From the NCBI GenBank assembly GCA_040954595.2, contig CM082586.2:6434509-6498508 (forward strand): DNA of 64,000 nt. Reading direction: 5' to 3'. Below the pieces are notes generated by a model. That model did no database searches and was not told the origin of the DNA. It saw only the letters and a list, made by a program, of their open reading frames with translations. This document shows, in pieces, positions 11,153 through 21,296 of this stretch; position 1 is the first letter of the stretch, and every line of letters starts with the position of its first letter. This DNA is from Balanoglossus misakiensis (taxonomy: Eukaryota; Animalia; Hemichordata). Made by a program: the position numbers and the translations under genes.

Positions 11153-14100
11153 GTGCAGGGCAGATCCACAGTCAAGCAGCCGCCGGTAAATCCCGATTTA
11201 CAGAAAGAGCGGGACAGTGCGACGTTTGATGTGTATGAACTCACAAATCTAAAGGACGGTGGCGAAGATCGGACCATTAACCGACGAAAATGGCGTAAGT
11301 TAACTGCTCGACGTGCGTCGATCATCGTGCAAGGGTCGAAGGCCCAAGTCTCACTTTGCTCAATTCCAAAGTGGAAACGCACCTTGCAAAGATGTCCATG
11401 GCATGAAAATTTCTCACTCAAAACAAGAGATATCGGGCAGGTCTTTTGAGACGTCCGCCGAGAGTTTAACGTTCACTAACTCAACGAACTATATAATACA
11501 GGAGGCTGTACATGTTGTTGCTGAAGAAAAGTTCGTTGACATTGTGACCTTTAACCCTGCTGTGTGTTCCCCAAGCGTTACACTTCGGGACCTGTACAAA
11601 GGGCTAGACGACCTTTAGTCATGTGTACGTGTATATCGTGTAAATGTAGACGGCATAAGTCGATTGCTGCGAACAGAGTCCACCTGCACATATTATGAGA
11701 CACGTTTCTTTACATGGGCAAATGAGCAGAGAGGAAAACACTGTTATGTTTATAAATGTAAATGTACTACACTGACTCCAGAACCCCTTGCCTCCTGTGA
11801 CTGTATGAAGTTTGTTAGCCTGGTCTCCGTACCCAGTGTGTTTTAGATAGATCCACACTGGGTTTGGAGACCGGGCTGGAAGTTTGTTTGCCACACCGTG
11901 CTTGATTGTTTGTTTGTTACATCCTTTCCCTTCCGCAGAATCCGTGGCCCTGAACGATCCCGAACTGAAACACAAACCCGTGGCGTTTATGACCAGAGAT
12001 GAGAGATACACCAACGCAGTCAAGAAAGCGGTGTACGTCACCAAAAAAGTCCAAGAGTATGACATCAACGACATGGAGGAACAGCATTGGTACAGAACGT
12101 AAGTTCATTTACAAAATTGGCACATTTATTCTGACTCCATCTTTTATTCGAGAGTGAAACACGTGAAAGATATTTGTAGCTCATCATTGTTTCCATAGTA
12201 TTGTAAGAAAGAGATTTCAAGGAAAAGGCACTTGAGCAAAGAATCTTAGTTTAGATTGTATCAACTTCCAGCTGCTCAGTGTTCTCCCCAGAACAATACT
12301 AGTATTCTTTCATTTTTGAAAAACAATAGAAACTGATTGTCATTACATTGTTATGATAACAATCTATTGTTTTTCAAAAACGAAAGAATATTGTTCTTAT
12401 GCAATTTAGCCAACAAATTCTGGATTTTTACATTTTTTCTATTTTTTTTTTTTACAGGGCTGCCTCGAAGCAGGATACATATGGCTTTGCATTGCACTAT
12501 GCAATGTTTTTACCGACACTGAACCAGGGTGATGAAGAACAAAGAGACCACTGGGTTCCTTTGGCCAGAGATCTGAAGATCATAGGCACTTACGCTCAGA
12601 CAGAGCTTGGACATGGTATGTGTGCATTGTGCAATAATTAATTGACACCATTTTACATTTTATCCACAGGACGAGATCATGCAAATTCTGATGCCAATTT
12701 CTGATGTTTTACGTTATTTCGTTATCATTTATGGGCTTCAAAGGATGAAAAGCCAAAGTATCAGAAATTCCTGTGAGAACTGAACACGCAATAAGTTCCA
12801 AAGGTAAAAAAAAAAAAATCTCTAAAATTCTATAAATGTAATTATTTTCCCAACTTGGAACAGGTACGTTCATCAGAGGCCTGGAGACCACAGCGACCTA
12901 TGACCCCAAAACTGAAGAGTTTGTTCTGCATAGTCCCACAGTGACATCCCTCAAATGGTGGCCTGGAAATCGTAAGTACGCCAAGTAGGGAATCCTGTTT
13001 TTTTTTAGAGTTAAAAGGCCAACGATCGTCTCATGCACATGCGCCAAACCAGAGACTCCGGTTACATACATTTTATACAGTCAATGCCATAAGGTAGTGT
13101 GCTGTCCTAACAACAGACAAGATGGTTGCTGGCCTTTAGCATAGTGAAATCTATTTCAAAAGCTCATTTGGAGGAGTTCAGTAAATGCCAAAACAGTGAC
13201 TTAATACCTTGATGGGTATATATGCACACACATGGACTTAAACAGTTTTTAATTCTTGTTGTCTGTAAAAAGCAAATACTACTACTGAAACATTGTTACT
13301 TTTACTGGGTCTGAGAGTTGCGTGTATTTTCATCCGTATTTCAGTTGGCAAGACAGTGACACACGCTGTGGTTTTAGCTCAGCTGTACACCAAAGGTGTG
13401 TGCCACGGTCTACATCCATTTGTTGTACAACTACGAAGTTTAGAAGACCATCAACCGTTACCAGGTAAGGTGTTGTGAAGGGCACGGTTTCAACTGGTTT
13501 TCATCAGACAAAGCTCGAAGCTCCCAATGTACTTTTTATTTATTACTCAAGGTATCGAGCCCTCTGCAGAATCTTGTCACTTTAAAATAGATTTTTGTCT
13601 ACCTAGGCAAGTGATAGAAAATCTCGTGCAATAAAATGGTAGTCATGTGGGTCACATGACAAAAAATGACACGTACCACCTGACATTGATTTGGCCAATC
13701 AGAGAACAGGAAACACTGATGAACTACCTGGTAATTGCAAATATGGATGCTTCTTGTTGTCAGGTATAAGCTTAGGTGACATTGGACCAAAACTTGGCTA
13801 TAACAGCAACGATAATGGATTCCTCGGCTTCGACCACTTCAGAATACCCAGAAGAAACATGTTAATGAGATATTCAAAGGTACGGGTACAATTCTTTTGC
13901 TGTTATCCGAATTATACAATTGGTGGGTACCTGTAGCTAGATGGAGATGTAAACTGTGTCTATTAGCTTTTATATGTAGTGAAGCCACAGGTCAAATTGC
14001 TTTGATTCTCAGTTCCCGCTGTAGCGGTCCAACCTTGCCACAAAAAGGGGGTTCGGACCAAGCCACTCTTGCTTTGTCAAACAATTTAAAACTATGTGGA

Positions 14101-17100
14101 TAAATAGTAATAATTGTCAGTTTTTTCATGATCTGTGTAATAGTGGGGAGCTTATATAGTTTTGCATGGAGGGCAAGGTATATGGTGATTATTCGTGCTA
14201 ACTAAACAATGCAAAGCAAATCTTAACATTAGCCGGCAAACTAACTAACATTTTGTAAAGTAACCTTTGCAAATTGTTCTGGTTATTGTCAGACACATCA
14301 ATTATCTAGAGCCTTCATTTCTCATCATAGGATGCTTTTGTGACCTGTTGCTGCCATTCTCATGCATTGTTGCTGCATTTCTGTGACTAACGGCAAAATA
14401 ACAATATATAAATTCTGCATTTTTGGCATATCTGTCGCACCTTGCTTTCCCTGTCACACGCTGTAGGTCTTACCCAACGGGACGTACTTTAAACCGGAAG
14501 TTGAGAGAATCAGTTACGGCACCATGGTGTTCATCCGCGTCATGATCGTGCAGGACGCGGCGGAATCGCTGGCCAAGGGCACGACTATCGCGGTCAGATA
14601 CAGCGCAGTCAGACGACAGACAGAGCTGACCCCGGGGTAAGAGTACATTTCGTCTCACGTTCGCTCGCTCGTCTTCTTTGCCAGGTTGATGCCGACGGCA
14701 CCTACACCAAACCGCCGGTCGCTAGACTGTCCTACGGCACGATGGTTCTGGTGCGTACCAACATCATCATGGGATCCGCAAGTTTCTTGGCGTGCGGGGT
14801 TACCATCGCCGTGAGATACAGTGCCGTTCGAAGACAAACTGAGATCACGCCAGGGTAAATTTCTCGATCAGCAGTCGGCCTTTTTTTTTTTTTGGAGTCG
14901 TGGTTGGTACATGTATTTATGACTTCAACCATTTCATCCCCCAGTTCCCTCTATAGAGGTCCAACCTTGCCATCGTAAACAATGGGCTTGGACTAAACCA
15001 TGTAACGTCTGTAACCAGCGCAGCGGCTACAGCTGGAACATGGGTGTGAGACGAGCTAGGCGCTTTAAATCATTTGTTAATTATAACCTGTCATGAGATA
15101 TTCATGAAAGCAAATTAAACATCTTGCTTCAGTTCTCCAAGTTTCTTTCTCCGCCTTGTTGATTTCAGCGGCGAAGAGCCACAGATCCTGGATTACCAAT
15201 CCCAACAGATGAAACTCTTTCCACTGATTGCCACGGCGTATGCCTTCCTCTTTGCCGCCTGGACCACCAGACTGCGTTACGTGGAAGTGCAGAGCGAAAT
15301 CTTCAGTGGCAATGCCAAGTCATTACCAGAGGTAAGTAAGGCATGAATTGGTTCAATCTCTGTTATCCAGACCCCAAATTGAGGCTACCGAGATCCAAGA
15401 TCTGTGTCGCCCACTTGGTTGTGACTGCTTGGCTTACTGTAAAACACTTTATTTTTGCGAGTTAAAATATTCGCGATATTGAGAGAGGACACTGTTTCGC
15501 GAGTATTAATTTTCGCGTTCTTTTATTTCATTCACTGCATCGTTATCTTCAAAAACAATTTACGCGACTTTTTATTTTCACGCTATTTTGGCTCTCGCGT
15601 ATTTGGCGAAAATTAATTGCTCGCGAAAATAAAGAGTTTTACAGTAGATCTGAATGTTTCTTCCTTTATTTCTCCAGTTGCATGCTCTGTCAGCCGGTCT
15701 GAAAGCATTCACTTCATACGTGATGAACGAAGGCATTGAAGTGTGTCGTATGTCCTGTGGTGGTCACGGTTACTCCAGTGCCAGTGGTTTCACTGAGCTC
15801 TATGGACTGGCCACCCCCATGTGTACTTACGAAGGCGAGAACACTGTCATGCTTCTACAGACAGCCAGGTTAGTGTCATTTCAAATTCTATCTATTTCCA
15901 CCAAATCTCATTTTTTTTACTACCATAGAATCGACAGACACTACTGCCTATGGTCTTACATTCAAAATTAAGCGTGAGATGTTTTAACCCTAATGCTACT
16001 GGGTGTCATACCTGTTTAGAGTGTCAAGTCCCTTAAAATACGTATTTGCCACTTTTTCTTCTAAAACGTATTTTGACACACTGGCAGTCTGGGCCCCCTG
16101 TAAAATGTACCAAATCACACAGGTTTGCACTGTATTGTTCTGAGGGTCCAGTATAACACACACTTGGCAGCCTAACAGGCCTTAAGCCAGGATTCTAGGC
16201 CCCCTGGAAATCAAACCAGTTTCAACTGACTTGGCAGCGTTAGGGTTAATCCATTGCTTTCCCTTATCTCAGATACCTGATGAAGTGTGTGAATGGGGGT
16301 TCTGCTGGAGAGGATCTGCCGGGGATGATGAAGTACTTGAGTCGCAGCAAGAAGGGAAACTGGTCGGCCAAAGAGGACTCGGATGTCATGAATCTGGACT
16401 TGCTGTCTGAGGCATACCAGCACAGAGCCTACAGGTGAGTGTCTTTTGTGCAGTCAGTACATGTTGAAATGTTTGAGTGTTGTTTGGCAAAGATTTTGTT
16501 CTTGAACTGTCATGTGTTGCTCTAAAATCTTATCGGTCACTACTCACAGAAGTTCTTGAGAAATTAATTTTGGAATGCCATCAAGACTTTTTCAGCCATA
16601 TTCTTCTATCTGAAGCCTGATATTAAGTCAATTTTATGGGTGACCCACATTAAGCTTTTTTGGACAGTGGATGCTGTTAGCCTGGCACCAGTCAATAGAT
16701 GTATGCTGTTTCCCTTGACAGGTTGGTTGTCACTGCAGCGGGAAAAGTGAAAGCAGAATTGTCCAAGGGCAAACCACAGCACGAAGCGTGGAACAATTCC
16801 CATATCTATCTTCTGAAAGCTGCCTCTGTGAGTAACCTTTACGAGCAGACTGCGTGTACCTCAGCTGACAGCTGTAGTGATTTTTAAATTGTCTTTGGGA
16901 TATGTTTGGATTGTTTATTGATAAAATTCCAGTGAAAATTCTTGTATTTCCCCAGGATATATCAAATGAAAGTATATTGTTCTGCATTCAAATAAGTTGA
17001 TTTCTACAAATACTTTGTTCCATAAATCTTAGTTCAAGTAACATGCATAATCCTCATCTAATTATTCTAACATATACATTCTCTTCATTTTTAGAGAGAA

Positions 17101-18545
17101 AAACTAACCTACTTTTAGTAGTTTTACTGTACAACTATAAAACAAAAGTCTGTGATTATTTGGATAGATATGTTTGTCCGTTTCTGTACTGTCACCTGTG
17201 GAAATAAGGGCTCATATTTTGTCTGAATCAATGTATAGTATCAACGAATATCTGTTTTACAACTCTGTTACAGGCCCATTGCCATTACTTTGTGGTGCAG
17301 AACTTTGCCAACTACATCAAGACGACCGAGATGAGTGATGCAGTCCGTCAGATACTGACCACGCTGTGCCAGCTCTATGCTCTGCATGGAATAATGCAGA
17401 ATTCCGGTGACTTCTTGATGGTGAGTCGTCTACTGTGTTATAGGACACCCCTTTCACCACCGTGGTTTGGTCCAAATCAGTTGGTGCCTGTGGTGAAGTT
17501 GAACCTCATTGTTAAAGGGATATTAGCTGTAACTTTGAGCTTTAATTTCAGTACATGTATTTTTTATTCTGTGTACCAGATGCAATTGTTTCTACTCCAA
17601 ACATCATGATAATATACCCTGTACTCCACTTGTCAACGTAGCCTGTATATGTGTAGTGGTCAATATTATTGTCGACTAATTTAATGAATTCTGGTCTAGA
17701 CCTGAATTCAAATTTGGCATAATGACAAAGTTGACTGTGCAAATACGTGTTGTGTTGATAAGCTAAATGCTGGACATTTCATCATGTTTCAGGAAATTGA
17801 ACAAGAAATTGCGGTAGATACACAAAACAAAAATGCGTAAAACATAGCGAATAGAAAAAGATAAGGGATACTGTTTTGCCACAGAACAGATTTCAGGTCC
17901 GATTATCAACTTTTTTATTTCTTTCACAGGATGGATACATGAATGGAGAGCAGGTTGTCACGGTGCAGAGACTTGTCGGCCATCTTCTGTCGGTGATTCG
18001 TCCGAACGCCGTCGCCCTGGTCGATGCTTTCGACATCCACGATGACCTGCTCGGGTCCGTTCTCGGACGACATGACGGTCACGTCTACGAAGCCCTGTAC
18101 GAGTGGGCCAAACAGTCGCCACTCAACGAAAATGAGGTGAGTCAATACTGCCCTCTTGTGTTGAGAGGGAGTCAGCGTTGTTCAGTGTATAACGAATGTA
18201 ACAAAGTTAATCTGCGTATTTTTGTACGCCACATTTTTTCAACCTGAAGGTCTTCTCGCGAAATTGATGCTACAGTCCAACCTGAGATAGTGGCCACATT
18301 GTCTTTGCAGTGACCACTTTCTTATGGTCCCTTTTCAATTAAAATGCGCGTTAATTGACCTGTCTATAAAGGCCAATTTAGGAAAGTCCCTTGACTGGCC
18401 ACTATAGACAGGATCGACTGTAATTGCTGTCTCCCCCCCCCCTTCCCTCCCACTCCCCCTCCCCTCCCCCCAACCCAAACAGGTGCACGAGTCATACTAC
18501 AAGTATTTGCGCCCCATGGTACAAGGTGGCAAAGCCAAGCTGTAA
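11144..18545 (+). CDS. ACOX1: Peroxisomal acyl-CoA oxidase 1-like, paralog C (most canonical copy, about 673 aa, PTS1 -AKL, duplicated exon 7)
   Basis: Exons 11144-11294, 11939-12098, 12458-12615, 12864-12971, 13345-13464, 13764-13879, [14467-14636 or 14685-14854], 15169-15331, 15678-15868, 16273-16434, 16722-16827, 17274-17420, 17930-18136, 18483-18545 (2022 nt with one exon 7). Motifs [39 protein letters not shown]. Ends GGKAKL*. Confidence 0.96.
11545..11557 (-). promoter_or_regulatory. DR1 nuclear-receptor element in ACOX-C intron 1
   Basis: TGACCT-T-TAACCC, which reads GGGTTA-A-AGGTCA on the minus strand. Confidence 0.4.
14467..14636 (+). CDS. ACOX1: ACOX-C alternative exon 7a (170 bp)
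   Basis: ctgtag acceptor, gtaaga donor. Encodes [57 protein letters not shown] with no stop. Confidence 0.92.
14685..14854 (+). CDS. ACOX1: ACOX-C alternative exon 7b (170 bp)
   Basis: tttgccag acceptor, gtaaat donor. Encodes [57 protein letters not shown]. Same length and phase as 7a. Confidence 0.92.
15437..15644. mobile_element. Tc1/mariner-type MITE (family 1, copy 1) in ACOX-C intron 8
   Basis: TA on both flanks. TIRs CTGTAAAACACTTTATTTTTGCGAG ... CTCGCGAAAATAAAGAGTTTTACAG. Close copy at 29066-29270. Confidence 0.88.
15988..16245. mobile_element. piggyBac-type MITE in ACOX-C intron 9
   Basis: TTAA on both flanks. Termini CCCTAATGCTAC ... GCAGCGTTAGGG. Confidence 0.65.
18273..18420 (-). 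mobile_element. Tc1/mariner (pogo-like) MITE (family 2, copy 1) in ACOX-C intron 13
   Basis: TA flanks, CAGTC...GACTG termini. Right end is nearly the reverse complement of 28441-28480. Confidence 0.8.
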
Positions 18546-19404
18546 ACTGGACCCAGGGTGACCTCGCAACAATACTGCTTTTCCTCGCCAACCAAAAATG
18601 CTGCAATCATCACCGAAGATAAGTATGGACAACGGACATTTACTCTATGATAATAATAAACTGAAAGTGGGATGACTCATTTAAATTTTAGAAAAGTGAT
18701 TTGAAAACGACTTGCAATTACTTCAAAAGAAGATATTGCCTGCAGTTATTGACAGAAGAGATTTGTCTCAAGGGACATTTTAAAAGTGCAGTAGCTTATT
18801 GATTTTAACCACGGTTACTAGAAGATTTAACTGTACAATGTACTTTGTGAATATTTTAACTACAGACACATGCAGTACATGTATACATATATTTTATCCT
18901 ATACTTTATATGTGTAAACATCAGCGCAAGCATTATGCGATTAAGTGACTGTCAGTCGTGGAAAGTCTTTCCGCAGTTTGTAAGGCTTCAAATCAAAACA
19001 ATGGCGAATATGGTGTCTGAAGACATCCCCTTCGGCACAAAAACAGTCCAAGTGGGAATGGACTGTGGCCAAGAAAAGGTTGATTTGTATATTTGATGTG
19101 GTAGTACATGATTTGTATAGTTTGAAGATCATGAAGATGAGGGAAAGTAAAACAAAGTTGTCTGGTGGATGATTGACACTAGCTGCTAGCTGTCTTTCAT
19201 GATGTCCATTGTTTTCAATAGCAATACAGGACTTTTATACAGGGAAAAATGGGTGTAAAAGGGTTAAGGACCAATATTTTTCTCCACAATGGAGACCCAT
19301 GAATACAAATGTTGGTCTTTCAGTATAAGCACATGTATTATGAAAGAAACTTTTTATATCGACCATCGAATACAGATCGTGGAGGAAACATCAAATATGT
19401 AAAT

Positions 19405-19425
19405 AATAAATATCAGAATAATAAA
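19405..19425 (+). terminator. Candidate polyadenylation signals of ACOX-C
   Basis: Two AATAAA hexamers (19405, 19420). Another lies at about 18655. Confidence 0.4.
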
Positions 19426-19829
19426 TAATGTCTCTGTCATGAGTTCATTTAATTGGACACTTTTTCAATTGAACAAAGCAGTAACAGAGTGGCTGAAACA
19501 GGGAGTACATGTACCAGTAGTCACTTTAGTTTTACAAGCGGCCATTTTCATGACCTCTACATGACCTTACATACTGGTACTATAGCTACAAGTGTGCTTT
19601 ATTATACCGGATCTTTCCCATTCCCAAATATCCGTGGTGATTCTCAGAAACATTTCCCATCGATTTCGGTTTGGAGGATAGTTCTCCAACAAATTAATTC
19701 AACTGATACGATATGGACAACGTCTCGAAATCAACATTTGGGTGCGCCCTCTTCAGTTACGTTTGTGCGATATCTTTGTTTTCAGACCACAAGCCAATCA
19801 CTGAAGCCAGCAAGTAAACCCCCATTATC

Positions 19830-19886
19830 AGATAGATAGATAGATAGATAGATAGATACATGAAGATAGATAGATAGATAGATAGA
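19830..19886. repeat. (GATA)n microsatellite, interrupted
   Basis: Direct reading of the sequence. Confidence 0.95.
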
Positions 19887-20021
19887 AAATGGGTTCCATG
19901 TGTGTACGTGCAAGTTTGCTCGAAGTTTTGCCAGTTTGTAAGCGTTTTCGTTGTATTTTGCTATAAACATCAATCATGATGAATTGTCATAAAGATGTTC
20001 GCACAGAAACCGAAACGTTAA

Positions 20022-20827
20022 GGCTGCATTCACAAACACCTCTGGAGGGGGGGGCGGGAGAATTCAATTTTTTTTACCGCTAATTTTCACATGCCCCCCT
20101 TCCGAACTGCCAATATTTTCAAATCCCCCCCTTCCGAACTGTCAAAATTTTGAAATCCCCCCCCCATTGTCTTTCACAGAGCAAAACACATCACCTATCT
20201 ATCTTGTAAAAAGAAAAACAGCGCTCCCATGAAAAGAATTTGAAACTGATGTTTCCCCTCGTCAGTGGGTATTAAAACTGAACATTGTTTTTATTTTTTA
20301 AATACATATATTTGTATTCTGTGTTGGGAGACTTTGTAAACCGAGAATTGAAGGGGGTGGGTTTGGGAGGGGGTGTCCCCCTACGGCTACCACGTAAGAA
20401 AATTTTCTAAAATACAGAGCTCAAAGCTGCATTTTAATGAACCCGGCAAAAGCAAATTAACTCAACTACCGGTATGTTGGGGAGGACAAATTTAACCGTC
20501 GGCGCTCAAAGTTATCATGGGGTGGGGCAAGTCCCCTGACCTGGGACACTAGATAAACCAGTCAATGATTGAAAGGTGTTGATGAATGGAGGGGGTGGGT
20601 GTGGGAGGGGGTGTCCCCCTCCCACATGAGAAAATTTTGTAAAATAAAGGGCGCGAAACTGCATTTTTGTGGACTCAAAATAAATATTTAGTCGTTAAAG
20701 TTTTCAAGTCCCCCCCTTTCAGTCCCTAAATTATTTCAAATCCCCCCCCTCACATACCCTCAATTTTTTCAAATCCCCCCCCTCAATTCTCCCGCCCCCC
20801 CCTCCAGAGGTGTTTGTGAATGCAGCC
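20022..20827. mobile_element. PIF/Harbinger-type non-autonomous transposon (806 bp) between ACOX-C and aquaporin 1
   Basis: TIRs of about 43 bp, GGCTGCATTCACAAACACCTCTGGAGGGGGGGGCGGGAGAATT, at both ends. 3-bp target duplication TAA (20019-20021, 20828-20830). Subterminal AAATCCCCCC repeats and an internal duplicated G-rich block (about 20352 and 20591). Confidence 0.9.
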
Positions 20828-21296
20828 TAACTGTTAACTTTCCCAGTTGATGGAGAGTGGTACATGTACATGTGTATCGTTTTCCAAGTTTTTATGCCAC
20901 GATTGTGAATGGCTCGAAAACGAATTATTATTAAATCAATTAAAAGAATGGTTTTACTTCCAATGATGCGTTTCTGAAAGGGTGCTTTTCTCCACGCTAC
21001 AGCGAGTTTGGGACACGGATGGTCGAACAAACCACGAACAGATTGAAGGATCGCGCTGCTGCGATCATTTTACACGTCCTGCCCGGGAACTGTGCCATTG
21101 TGTGGAAATAAAGCCCCTTTAGAAACGTGCCAAGGGACGAGCTTTTGTGTACCCCTGTGTGTTTTGATCCTTTTCATGGGTGGGAGATGGGCGGGGCCCA
21201 CTATTATTACCGCTGGTCACTCCTGAAGCGCGAGCTTATTCTTCAAAGTAGACTCGGGGTTAAAGGTCGGCGCTGGTGAAGCATTTAGTGGTGAAG

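Noticed and set aside
12099-12863. A second exon 3 in ACOX-C, as in vertebrate ACOX1
   Set aside because: No second YAQTExGHG-coding segment is visible in the flanking introns of any paralog.
14008-15002. Same-orientation repeat fragments flanking exons 7a/7b as the cause of the duplication
   Set aside because: There is no copy between the two exons, and the exon divergence looks much older than this common repeat family.
18431-18478. C-rich tract (G-quadruplex potential on the minus strand)
   Set aside because: Adequately explained as the polypyrimidine tract of ACOX-C exon 14.
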